Below are positions 55,618 through 64,000 of a stretch of 64,000 bases of DNA, piece after piece. The notes under the pieces were generated by a model. That model saw only the letters and a list, made by a program, of their open reading frames with translations. It did no database searches and was not told the origin of the DNA. The first letter of the stretch is position 1. The number at the start of each line of letters is the position of its first letter. Made by a program: the position numbers and the translations under genes. Location of the stretch: the NCBI RefSeq assembly GCF_011045215.1, contig NZ_CP049201.1, one strand, 5' to 3'. The DNA is from Escherichia coli (GTDB taxonomy: Bacteria > Pseudomonadota > Gammaproteobacteria > Enterobacterales > Enterobacteriaceae).

Positions 55618-55959
55618 TTAGGGGGTAATAACGCGGCCAGTTCGACGGTCCAGGCAGCGCAAAGTATTGGGCTCCCAGTAGGCATTGATGTTGGCGCTTT
55701 GCTCACATTTATCGCGGTTATCAAAAGCGGCGTCGGCTTTATCCCACTCTTTTTCAGTGCGTTTATTCACTTTCTGGCGCAGATTGCGCGTGTCATTCCA
55801 TTGCTCTTTTTCCATAGCGGCGTGCTGGCGGCTTTGTGCACTGTCGCCAGACTCAATCACCAGTTTGTTAGTTTCGGCATGAACAGTTGTGCTCAATGCC
55901 AGTGCGCAAGGCAGCAGAAAAGCGAGCAGGCCGATTCGTTTGCTGAGAGTGATTTTCAT
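55618..55959 (-). CDS. ynfB: YnfB, UPF0482 secreted protein
   Basis: 113-aa ORF with signal peptide [28 protein letters not shown]. Confidence 0.85.
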
Positions 55960-56093
55960 AATTCATTCCCTGTGTGAATGATTAAAGGTGATTCTACACC
56001 ATCCACTGCGAACGCAAAACGTACCAGGAGGGTGTTTATATTGATGATATTATGTCGCCCTATAACTATACATGATGTCAATAAGTGACAAAG

Positions 56094-56420
56094 ATGATTA
56101 AAACAACGTTACTATTTTTTGCTACTGCGCTGTGTGAAATTATTGGATGCTTTCTGCCCTGGTTGTGGTTAAAACGAAACGCCAGTATCTGGCTGTTGCT
56201 TCCGGCGGGGATTTCTCTGGCGCTGTTTGTCTGGTTGTTAACGTTGCATCCTGCGGCGAGTGGGCGTGTTTACGCCGCTTATGGTGGCGTTTATGTCTGC
56301 ACGGCGTTGATGTGGCTGCGCGTTGTGGATGGCGTGAAACTGAGTCTTTATGACTGGACGGGGGCGTTGATTGCGCTTTGCGGCATGTTGATCATTGTTG
56401 CCGGCTGGGGGCGCACGTAA
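56094..56420 (+). CDS. ynfA: YnfA, UPF0060 small membrane protein
   Basis: ORF 56085-56420; start taken at [31 protein letters not shown]... giving 108 aa. Confidence 0.85.
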   Translation: MIKTTLLFFATALCEIIGCFLPWLWLKRNASIWLLLPAGISLALFVWLLTLHPAASGRVYAAYGGVYVCTALMWLRVVDGVKLSLYDWTGALIALCGMLIIVAGWGRT

Positions 56421-56625
56421 GGACATAAATCTATTTTATCAATAAGATACGAGGAAGCGTCAGCTGATAAAAGGTACTCTATTTCATCTTTTGTCAACCA
56501 TTCATGGCGAAAATATACGCCTTTTTTTGTGATCACTCCGGCTTTTTTTGATCTTCATACTTGTATGGTAGTAGCTCAGTTGCGTAGATTTCATGCATCA
56601 CGACAAGCGATGCAAGGAATCGAAC

Positions 56626-57840
56626 ATGAAGATCGTAAAGGCTGAAGTTTTTGTTACCTGTCCGGGGCGTAATTTCGTCACATTAAAAATCACCACTAAG
56701 GACGGTATTACGGGCCTTGGGGATGCCACCCTCAATGGACGTGAGCTTTCCGTGGCCTCTTATTTGCAGGATCACCTTTGTCCGCAGCTTATTGGTCGCG
56801 ATGCGCACCGTATCGAAGATATCTGGCAGTTTTTCTATAAAGGTGCTTACTGGCGTCGCGGTCCGGTTACGATGTCGGCCATTTCAGCGGTTGATATGGC
56901 GCTGTGGGATATTAAAGCCAAAGCTGCCAACATGCCGCTTTACCAGTTACTCGGCGGCGCGTCTCGTGAAGGGGTGATGGTTTATTGCCATACCACCGGT
57001 CACAGTATTGATGAAGCTCTGGATGATTATGCCCGTCATCAGGAGCTGGGATTCAAAGCCATCCGCGTGCAGTGCGGCATCCCTGGTATGAAAACCACCT
57101 ACGGCATGTCGAAAGGTAAAGGTCTGGCTTATGAACCCGCAACCAAAGGACAGTGGCCGGAAGAGCAGCTGTGGTCGACGGAGAAATACCTCGATTTCAT
57201 GCCGAAATTGTTTGACGCGGTACGTAACAAGTTTGGTTTTAATGAACATTTGCTGCATGACATGCACCATCGCTTAACGCCTATTGAAGCGGCGCGCTTT
57301 GGTAAAAGCATTGAAGATTATCGCATGTTCTGGATGGAAGACCCGACGCCTGCGGAAAACCAGGAATGCTTCCGTCTCATTCGCCAACATACCGTCACAC
57401 CCATCGCAGTGGGTGAAGTCTTCAACAGCATCTGGGACTGCAAACAACTGATTGAAGAGCAACTCATCGATTATATCCGCACCACGCTGACCCATGCAGG
57501 CGGAATTACCGGTATGCGCCGGATTGCCGATTTTGCTTCGTTGTATCAGGTACGTACTGGCTCACACGGTCCTTCCGATTTGTCACCAGTCTGCATGGCT
57601 GCGGCGCTGCACTTTGATCTGTGGGTCCCCAATTTCGGTGTCCAGGAATACATGGGTTATTCCGAACAAATGCTCGAAGTCTTCCCGCACAACTGGACTT
57701 TCGATAACGGCTATATGCATCCGGGAGACAAACCGGGTCTTGGCATCGAATTAGATGAAAAGCTGGCGGCGAAATATCCCTATGAACCTGCTTATCTACC
57801 AGTCGCACGTCTGGAAGATGGCACGCTGTGGAACTGGTAA
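56626..57840 (+). CDS. rspA: RspA, starvation-sensing protein, enolase-superfamily mannonate dehydratase-like
   Basis: ORF 56593-57840; start taken at [40 protein letters not shown]... giving 404 aa. Confidence 0.95.
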   Translation: MKIVKAEVFVTCPGRNFVTLKITTKDGITGLGDATLNGRELSVASYLQDHLCPQLIGRDAHRIEDIWQFFYKGAYWRRGPVTMSAISAVDMALWDIKAKAANMPLYQLLGGASREGVMVYCHTTGHSIDEALDDYARHQELGFKAIRVQCGIPGMKTTYGMSKGKGLAYEPATKGQWPEEQLWSTEKYLDFMPKLFDAVRNKFGFNEHLLHDMHHRLTPIEAARFGKSIEDYRMFWMEDPTPAENQECFRLIRQHTVTPIAVGEVFNSIWDCKQLIEEQLIDYIRTTLTHAGGITGMRRIADFASLYQVRTGSHGPSDLSPVCMAAALHFDLWVPNFGVQEYMGYSEQMLEVFPHNWTFDNGYMHPGDKPGLGIELDEKLAAKYPYEPAYLPVARLEDGTLWNW

Positions 57841-57851
57841 GGAGTAAGATA

Positions 57852-58871
57852 ATGAAAAGCATATTAATTGAAAAACCGAATCAACTGGCGATTGTCGAAC
57901 GTGAAATACCCACCCCGTCAGCGGGTGAAGTACGAGTAAAAGTGAAACTTGCCGGAATTTGTGGTTCAGATAGCCATATTTATCGTGGGCATAATCCTTT
58001 TGCGAAATATCCGCGCGTCATTGGACATGAATTCTTTGGCGTCATTGATGCGGTGGGTGAAGGTGTGGAAAGCGCCAGAGTCGGTGATCGTGTTGCTGTC
58101 GATCCGGTGGTCAGCTGTGGTCATTGCTATCCGTGCTCAATAGGTAAGCCGAACGTTTGTACGACACTCGCTGTATTAGGTGTGCACGCTGACGGTGGTT
58201 TCAGTGAATATGCTGTGGTTCCGGCAAAAAATGCGTGGAAAATTCCTGAAGCATTGGCCGATCAATATGCGGTAATGATCGAACCTTTTACCATTGCGGC
58301 TAACGTAACCGGTCATGGTCAACCGACTGAAAATGATACCGTTCTGGTTTATGGTGCCGGTCCAATCGGCCTGACGATCGTTCAGGTATTAAAAGGCGTC
58401 TATAACGTTAAAAATGTGATTGTTGCCGATCGCATTGATGAACGACTGGAAAAAGCGAAAGAGAGCGGGGCTGACTGGGTGATTAATAACAGCCAGACAC
58501 CGCTTGGCGAGATTTTCGCTGAAAAAGGCATAAAGCCGACATTAATTATCGATGCGGCTTGTCATCCTTCTATCCTGAAAGAGGCCGTAACGCTGGCTTC
58601 TCCAGCGGCACGTATTGTATTGATGGGCTTCTCCAGTGAACCGTCTGAAGTGATTCAGCAAGGAATTACCGGAAAAGAACTCTCTATTTTCTCTTCACGC
58701 TTAAATGCAAATAAATTCCCGGTCGTTATCGACTGGTTAAGTAAAGGGTTAATTAAACCAGAAAAATTAATTACCCATACGTTTGATTTCCAGCATGTTG
58801 CTGATGCCATTAGTTTATTTGAACAGGATCAAAAACATTGCTGCAAAGTCTTACTCACTTTTTCTGAATAA
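57852..58871 (+). CDS. rspB: RspB, Zn-dependent alcohol dehydrogenase family
   Basis: ORF 57828-58871; start taken at MKSILIEKPNQLAIVEREIPTPSAGEVRVKVKLAGICGSDSHIY... giving 339 aa. Confidence 0.95.
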   Translation: MKSILIEKPNQLAIVEREIPTPSAGEVRVKVKLAGICGSDSHIYRGHNPFAKYPRVIGHEFFGVIDAVGEGVESARVGDRVAVDPVVSCGHCYPCSIGKPNVCTTLAVLGVHADGGFSEYAVVPAKNAWKIPEALADQYAVMIEPFTIAANVTGHGQPTENDTVLVYGAGPIGLTIVQVLKGVYNVKNVIVADRIDERLEKAKESGADWVINNSQTPLGEIFAEKGIKPTLIIDAACHPSILKEAVTLASPAARIVLMGFSSEPSEVIQQGITGKELSIFSSRLNANKFPVVIDWLSKGLIKPEKLITHTFDFQHVADAISLFEQDQKHCCKVLLTFSE

Positions 58872-58928
58872 TACCAATAACGGCGAGTAAGTAGTACGCA
58901 TCTTACCTCTTTTTTAGAGATAACCATT

Positions 58929-59039
58929 ATGACAATAGAAAAACACGAAAGAAGCACTAAGGATTTGGTGAAAGCAGCGGTATCGGGATGGCTGGGCACT
59001 GCGCTTGAATTTATGGATTTCAAGAGTCATGCGTATTAA
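58929..59039 (+). pseudogene. ydfJ: N-terminal fragment of an MFS transporter gene (ydfJ-like) truncated by prophage integration
   Basis: Hand-translated 36-aa ORF MTIEKHERSTKDLVKAAVSGWLGTALEFMDFKSHAY; the first 31 residues look like a sugar/metabolite MFS N-terminus (GxLxEWxDF-like motif), then the frame terminates 5 codons later, 20 bp before the integrase stop. Confidence 0.5.
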
Positions 59040-59058
59040 CTATTTGATAAATATTAAA

Positions 59059-60354
59059 TTAATTTTTCATTGCTTCGTTATGGGGCATGGTTGGGGCAAA
59101 CTCGCTTAACTGTGTATTTAACAAAGCTACCTGTGCATTATTGTTTTCAGACATCCATTTTCCGTATACCTGAAATACCATTTGCGCATCTGCATGGCCC
59201 ATCTGGTTTGCTATAAATGCCGGGTTAGCACCAGCTGTCAGCGACCAGCAGGCATAAGTATGTCTCGACTGATATGATTTTCGATGGCGGAGTCCGGCAC
59301 GTTTTATCGCTGCGTCCCACATCTGCCTTATTGAGTCAACGGTAAAATGGTCACCATAATTTTTTACTCTCGCTGACACTTCAGGTTGAAAAACAAAGGT
59401 GCATTTTTGTTTTTCTGTTCTGCCATACTCTCTGAGGTGAACATCAATGATATGCTCTTTGCTCAGTCTCGTTAATGTCATCTGACTCCGGAGAGCGTCG
59501 ATTGCTGGCTTAATAAGATGAATGACCCGATTGGTTCCCGCCTGTGTTTTTGGTACCGTGAAACGGTCTTTTGCTAAATTTCTCCTGATCATCATTGTTC
59601 CATTTTTCAGATCTATGTCCTCCCATCCAAGTGCACACAGCTCACCAGGGCGAACGCCAGTATAAACAGAAACACACCATAAATTTTTTGCTTGCTGATT
59701 TCTGCACGCATCGATAAGACGGATAAATTCTTCCCGCGAAAGAGGATCCGGAATGGTTCTTGATTCCTTTAATGGCGAGATCCCCTTAAACGGATTATCT
59801 GCCAGGTAACCGTTATCAACACCAAACTGGAACACGGCGTTAAGATTTGTCATGTAATTATTTACAGTTACAGCCGATCTCCCTGGTTGTGTAACAATAT
59901 AGTTACTTTTGGGGGTCTGGTATCCAGTCAGTAGCTCTTTACGAACCTCCAGTAATTTTTCTTTATTAATCGATGAGGCAAGATTTTTTTCACCGATTAT
60001 GCTCAGGATATTTTTGATGACGGCACGGTATGTGTTGAGTGATGTTTTGGCGACTTCAGTTTCTTTCAGTGCCAGAAATTTTTCAGCCAGTTCTTTTATG
60101 GTTAAATCTTGTCGGGCCTCACCAAATTTTTCCAGATTGCGTGAGGAGGGAAACTGTTTTGCATAGTCGAAAACACCAGTTTTTATTGCGTAACAAACAG
60201 AGGAGCGTAGTTCACCTGCAACGCGCCTGTTTTTTGCTGTGTCAGGAACCCCCAGATTTTCCCTGACTCTTACGCCTTTATAAACAAACCAGATACGTAA
60301 TTTCCCTCCATGGTTTTCCACGCCTGTCGGATATTTCATTTCAACTTCTCTCAT
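59059..60354 (-). CDS. Phage tyrosine integrase (lambda Int family), apparently full length
   Basis: 431-aa ORF (or 426 aa from the second Met); C-terminal catalytic region with HxxR (HRKSYQSRH) and a downstream Tyr; sits at the prophage/chromosome junction. Confidence 0.85.
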   Translation of the reverse strand: MREVEMKYPTGVENHGGKLRIWFVYKGVRVRENLGVPDTAKNRRVAGELRSSVCYAIKTGVFDYAKQFPSSRNLEKFGEARQDLTIKELAEKFLALKETEVAKTSLNTYRAVIKNILSIIGEKNLASSINKEKLLEVRKELLTGYQTPKSNYIVTQPGRSAVTVNNYMTNLNAVFQFGVDNGYLADNPFKGISPLKESRTIPDPLSREEFIRLIDACRNQQAKNLWCVSVYTGVRPGELCALGWEDIDLKNGTMMIRRNLAKDRFTVPKTQAGTNRVIHLIKPAIDALRSQMTLTRLSKEHIIDVHLREYGRTEKQKCTFVFQPEVSARVKNYGDHFTVDSIRQMWDAAIKRAGLRHRKSYQSRHTYACWSLTAGANPAFIANQMGHADAQMVFQVYGKWMSENNNAQVALLNTQLSEFAPTMPHNEAMKN

Positions 60355-60373
60355 TAGTTAGTGTGGCTTTTAG

Positions 60374-60625
60374 TCAAGTAAGATGACGTCTTGGTCTCGC
60401 TGATGCCTGGCGCTCAATCCAGCGATCAATTTCTTCCAGGTTGTAAAAGCATGGACTGTTATCCCATGGCATACCGTCATGAGCGACATGCTTATATTCC
60501 CTTCCTTCCATAAACGATTTTTCCCGGGCCTTTTTTAACGTACCTTTTTTTATTCCTTTCAGCGCAATTAACTGCTCTTCGGATACCCATTTGCCGGGAG
60601 AGACAATCATGATTACTTCGCTCAT
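60374..60625 (-). CDS. Putative excisionase / small DNA-binding protein
   Basis: 83-aa ORF MSEVIMIVSPGKWVSEEQLIALKGIKKGTLKKAREKSF... directly upstream of the integrase, the usual xis position; no confident sequence match from memory. Confidence 0.5.
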   Translation of the reverse strand: MSEVIMIVSPGKWVSEEQLIALKGIKKGTLKKAREKSFMEGREYKHVAHDGMPWDNSPCFYNLEEIDRWIERQASARPRRHLT

Positions 60626-60697
60626 CGATTTCTTTATCTCTTACATCAGACGAGCGCCGGTTGCAGAATACCAGTCACAACCGGCGACAGTTGAACA

Positions 60698-63169
60698 TTA
60701 AGAATCAGCCTGACTCGGGATCAGTTTTTGCCAGATAACTGAAACGTATTTTGCCTGGTAACGGGCGTCATCAAGTGCATTATGGCGCTCACCTTCGAAT
60801 GGAATAGCCGTTCTGGGATCGAAGTCTATGGCTTTCCCCAGCTCAACGATTGTGCGTACATCGCGATCGTTGTAGTAACGCCACGGGCAGGGGATCCCCT
60901 GCCGTTCGTATGAACGGCGCAAAATCGTGTTGTCGAAGTTGGCTCCATTTCCCCAGACCTGAACAAAAAATTCACCGGAGTTTTCGTCGATAAATTCCCG
61001 CAATTGTAACAGTGCATCATCTAACGGGATTTCATCGGTCATAATGGCAGATTGCGCTTCGCGTGATTGCTTAAGCCACCATTTAATGGTGTCCCGATCA
61101 ATGACTCCGCCAGCAGTTTCCAGATCGATAGTCTTACTAAATTCCGGTCCCATATCTCCGGTTTGCGGATCGAAAAATATTGCACCTATTGAGATGATCG
61201 GGGCATCAGGATTTTTTCCCATGGTTTCAAGGTCGATCATTAGATGGTCACACGTCCTGCTGGTGGATGTGATTTCGTGATGACCGTTCACCTTAATTGA
61301 GTGATCTGCCGTCTCGCCAGTTTCATTATCGCTATTGTGATGCTGATTGCCGCCAGTGTTCTCCTTGTGTGGATGTTCAGCGCCTTCCATTTCCTCCGGA
61401 TCATCTTCCTGAACTTCAACCTGATACTCTTCATCGAATGTTTCTTGGTATGTTGCGTCGCCCATCACCGCGCCACAATCAGGGCAGTTGCCGCCGCCGG
61501 TCTGACCGCAGGCGGTGCAGACTTTTTCCACTTCCTGTTGCGCCACTGGTTCAGGCTGTTTCGTTTCTGGCTCGTTTTGTAACGCATTTGGGCTGTTTTG
61601 TTCCGCTTTTTGGTAGTTCCGTTCCGATTCATGCTGGTTCTGGTTCACAGAATCGCGGGTCTGGATCCCCTTAACCCATTTCGGATCATTCGGGTCACTA
61701 ATCCCTTCAACAAATTCACCACGTGATGCAGCAAGCAACTTATCGGCGTCAGGCTGGCTGATATTGGCTGCCTGCATAATTTTGTTTACTTCGTCAGCGG
61801 TAACTTTTATCGGCTCTGGTTGTTCTGAATCTTCAGCGGTATCTACATTTTGCGGTAAGCCCGTGTATGTGCCATTTTTTCGGGCAAAATATTCTTCTTT
61901 TGTGATTTCAGTGGCGCCAGCAGCCAGTGCCTTATCCAGACCAGAAAGTTTGTTTGCGCGACCGTATTTTTCTCCGTCCTTATCTGCGAAGAGGAAATAG
62001 AACGGCCCCTCACGCTCTACAGATGGTTCAGCTTCCGGCGCGGTTTCATTTTTTGGGATATCAGATACCTCAGTTTCCACTGCATCAGTTTGTGTTTCTG
62101 ATGACTGGAGAACATCAACAGTGCCCAGGTCTGTTTCTTCATTCTCAAACACGCCCTTTGTCGTCAGGTATTCGCAGATATATTTGTTCAGTGCTACGGG
62201 ATCTTTGTGAATGTCGATCGGACGCTCACGGACAAGGCCAAAAATAGTTTGGCGGTCGTAGCGAAGGGCATCAGGCTGTTTGCGCATTGATGCCGAGATA
62301 CGCTTCCAGTCTTCGCGGTCGTTGTCGATAACTTCTTTTTTTGCCCAGCGATGGATGCTGCCGTCAATGTTTCCGGCATCCACATCACCAGGCCAGAGAG
62401 CGTAGGCCAGTTCGTCATCCAGTGTTTTCCATGTCTGCTTGTATTCGCGATGAATGGCAGCAATGACCGGGCTGATTTTTCCTGTTGAATTTTCAGTGTA
62501 CTGTTGATTGGCTCTGGCGCGGGCGAGATCAACAACAGACGTGTATTTTCCGGTTTCCTTGCGTTCACCTTCGCGACGTTTTTTCCAGATGCGCATCTCT
62601 GTCTGAATTTCGGGCCATTTAGCACCAGGAATACATTTATGCTTAACCCACCCAATGGCGTGCAACTTAAGCTCCGGATACATGGCGTTAACTTCTGGCA
62701 TTTTCATCAACGCTTCAACGATATGTCCGTCGAATGTTGCCATGTCTTCCTGCAACAATTCCTGTGTGCTAATAACCATATCAACGGTGATGTTTTCACA
62801 TGTGTCGAACTTAACCATGACAGCGTTCTGTACTTCAGGGGCCAGCTTGTCAAAAGTGACGTTCATCGGATCGGATTCAGTCTCAACCGGGACAAAAGAA
62901 GCAGACTCCTCATCCCAGCGGTTTTCCTGCATATATTCAGCATCCCATGAATCGAGGGCAGGGCGGGGTATGCCAGGTTTATCCTCGCAGATAATAAATT
63001 TATAAGCGCAGTCCTGAGCAGCCGGATAATGTTCCAGGAACTGCCAGTGAAATTTTGCTCGAGCACGGCGTTCGTCGCCAGCTTCAATGGCTGTGGCTAC
63101 AGCCACCGCGCCTTCTCCCCTTGTTGCCAGTTCGTCAGGAATAGCGGCGCAAATAAAGACTTTACTCAT
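60698..63169 (-). CDS. YdfE-like large prophage nuclease: RecE-like segment, Cys4 zinc ribbon, acidic linker and C-terminal DnaQ-like DEDDh 3'-5' exonuclease domain
   Basis: 823-aa ORF; the segment DADKLLAASRGEFVEGISDPNDPKWVKGIQTRD resembles one I associate with RecE; CTACGQTGGGNCPDCG zinc ribbon; C-terminus has DEDDh-type motifs (MIDLETMG ... VWGNGANFDNTIL ... HNALDDARY). Confidence 0.7.
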   Translation of the reverse strand: MSKVFICAAIPDELATRGEGAVAVATAIEAGDERRARAKFHWQFLEHYPAAQDCAYKFIICEDKPGIPRPALDSWDAEYMQENRWDEESASFVPVETESDPMNVTFDKLAPEVQNAVMVKFDTCENITVDMVISTQELLQEDMATFDGHIVEALMKMPEVNAMYPELKLHAIGWVKHKCIPGAKWPEIQTEMRIWKKRREGERKETGKYTSVVDLARARANQQYTENSTGKISPVIAAIHREYKQTWKTLDDELAYALWPGDVDAGNIDGSIHRWAKKEVIDNDREDWKRISASMRKQPDALRYDRQTIFGLVRERPIDIHKDPVALNKYICEYLTTKGVFENEETDLGTVDVLQSSETQTDAVETEVSDIPKNETAPEAEPSVEREGPFYFLFADKDGEKYGRANKLSGLDKALAAGATEITKEEYFARKNGTYTGLPQNVDTAEDSEQPEPIKVTADEVNKIMQAANISQPDADKLLAASRGEFVEGISDPNDPKWVKGIQTRDSVNQNQHESERNYQKAEQNSPNALQNEPETKQPEPVAQQEVEKVCTACGQTGGGNCPDCGAVMGDATYQETFDEEYQVEVQEDDPEEMEGAEHPHKENTGGNQHHNSDNETGETADHSIKVNGHHEITSTSRTCDHLMIDLETMGKNPDAPIISIGAIFFDPQTGDMGPEFSKTIDLETAGGVIDRDTIKWWLKQSREAQSAIMTDEIPLDDALLQLREFIDENSGEFFVQVWGNGANFDNTILRRSYERQGIPCPWRYYNDRDVRTIVELGKAIDFDPRTAIPFEGERHNALDDARYQAKYVSVIWQKLIPSQADS

Positions 63170-63262
63170 TTTGTTTGAACCTCATGACAGATTTAAGGAT
63201 GAACAAATCCCTGCCATTGCTGGCATATAAGAATGAAACCGGATATTTATTACGGAACTGTT

Positions 63263-63454
63263 TTAAAGACCTGCCGGGATTTCGATATTATCCTGGTGAA
63301 TAACTTTATCGACCGGGTAACAGTTACCGGGAATTTTCTGTTCGGTTGCTGCAGTCATACACTCCTGCATTGTCCTGTGAACACTGACTGCAATATCAAC
63401 TGGCTCTCCGGAAACAAGAAAAACTGTCAGAACAAGCGCAAATGCTGAATTCAT
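63263..63454 (-). CDS. ydfD: YdfD, small prophage lysis-associated protein
   Basis: ORF 63263-63508; start taken at MNSAFALVLTVFLVSGEPVDIAVSVHRTMQECMTAATEQKIPGNCYPVDKVIHQDNIEIPAGL (63 aa); 4-nt overlap with the dicB stop. Confidence 0.7.
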   Translation of the reverse strand: MNSAFALVLTVFLVSGEPVDIAVSVHRTMQECMTAATEQKIPGNCYPVDKVIHQDNIEIPAGL

Positions 63455-63639
63455 TGTGCACATCCTTTTGGCATCAGACGTAAACGAGCCAGCATTGAAA
63501 CAATGCATATTTTATTTAATAGCTCCCGTTCTTGTTTTCTCTTGTTAATGGCATCTTCAGTAAATACAGGGTTACTGATAGTGACACCAATTTCAAAACA
63601 ACCTTCAGACGTATTAACGTTTGGTAATAACGTTTTCAT
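63451..63639 (-). CDS. dicB: DicB, prophage-encoded cell-division inhibitor (acts with MinC)
   Basis: ORF 63451-63744; start taken at MKTLLPNVNTSEGCFEIGVTISNPVFTEDAINKRKQERELLNKICIVSMLARLRLMPKGCAQ (62 aa), matching DicB as I recall it. Confidence 0.85.
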   Translation of the reverse strand: MKTLLPNVNTSEGCFEIGVTISNPVFTEDAINKRKQERELLNKICIVSMLARLRLMPKGCAQ

Positions 63640-63808
63640 TATCGCGTCCTCAACAATGAATTTTGTGATGCAGTGCCTGGTGCCTCCAGGTGACGTTAAC
63701 CAGTTAACAATTAACGCCGGATACAGAGAATCCACCCATAACACTGTTTTTGGTTTTAACTGTTCCGCGTGCGCTTAGCCGCATTCACCGCATCACAAAA
63801 TTCACTTT

Positions 63809-63866
63809 AAAAACGGCGGCAGAGCAGTCACGGAGTAAAACTGATACCGCCAAACGTCACCAGAAA
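63809..63866 (-). ncRNA. dicF: DicF small regulatory RNA (represses ftsZ and other targets) with its intrinsic terminator
   Basis: Minus strand reads TTTCTGGTGACGTTTGGCGGTATCAGTTTTACTCCGTGACTGCTCTGCCGCCGTTTTT, which matches the DicF sequence I recall, including the GC stem and U-run; lies directly upstream of dicB. Confidence 0.85.
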
Positions 63867-63964
63867 ATTGATAACAGAGGGCGTTGCAGCGGGGTTGTCA
63901 CTTAAGCGTATGGTCAACCTGACAACTCGGTGTCCTCAACGGGGAAGGAATAACCCCGCCATAC

Positions 63965-64000
63965 TTACCGCCGCGCCATTTCGCGGATTGCCACAACCGG
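63965..64000 (-). CDS. 3' end of a prophage ORF upstream of dicF (ydfC-like?), partial at window edge
   Basis: Minus-strand frame reads ...PVVAIREMARR then stop at 63965-63967; only 11 codons are in the window, so identity is unsupported. Confidence 0.25.
   Translation of the reverse strand, partial: PVVAIREMARR

Larger units (their letters stand above)
59020..64000. mobile_element. Int-proximal end of a Qin-like lambdoid prophage; continues beyond the window end
   Basis: Tyrosine integrase, excisionase-like gene, large YdfE-like nuclease, ydfD, dicB and the DicF sRNA in the order I recall for the Qin prophage, abutting rspB; left boundary approximate (att core not resolved). Confidence 0.75.

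Noticed and set aside
58829-59023. 64-aa minus-strand ORF spanning the rspB end and the prophage junction
   Set aside because: Overlaps the rspB 3' end and the ydfJ-fragment region on the opposite strand; no RBS and no recognisable homolog.
61297-61674. Overlapping + strand ORFs (61297-61674, 61301-61582, 61044-61280, 62504-62950) inside the large prophage nuclease gene
   Set aside because: Antisense to an 823-aa ORF with coherent domain structure; low-complexity translations.
59020-64000. IS2 or other IS element at the prophage end, as I recall for K-12 Qin
   Set aside because: No transposase-like ORF or terminal inverted repeats recognised in this window; the int region appears uninterrupted.

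Overview
This window reads as an Escherichia coli chromosomal segment in reverse orientation relative to the K-12 MG1655 map, and it is almost entirely core genome. All gene identifications come from reading the supplied six-frame translations against remembered E. coli protein sequences; no database search or alignment was run, and coordinates of starts are my best reading. Gene order on the + strand is: rsxGDCBA (minus), ydgK, cnu, blr, ydgJ, add, malY, malX, malI, hdhA, uidR-uidABC, ydgA, manA, fumA, fumC, tus with a TerB-like site, rstB, rstA, ydgC, folM, ydgI(arcD), ydgH, pntAB, tqsA, mdtJI, ydgD, asr, ynfM, ynfL, mlc, ynfK, clcB, dmsD, ynfHGFE, ynfD, ynfC, speG, ynfB, ynfA, rspAB, then the int-proximal end of a Qin-like lambdoid prophage. 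No rRNA, tRNA, CRISPR array or IS element was recognised. Two places depart from the K-12 arrangement. The most interesting is a roughly 1.7 kb AT-richer insertion that sits exactly between rstA and rstB, normally adjacent genes of one two-component operon; it carries a TcyP/YdjN-like transporter gene and rewrites the last codon of rstA. The second is the prophage end (about 59.0 kb onward), integrated inside the 5' end of ydfJ, with an apparently full-length integrase, an excisionase-like gene, an 823-aa YdfE-like multi-domain nuclease, ydfD, dicB and the DicF sRNA. Smaller observations include an RsxC shorter than the 740 aa I recall for K-12, a C9 homopolymer upstream of uidA, two MalI operator palindromes, and a candidate upstream ORF ahead of mdtJI.
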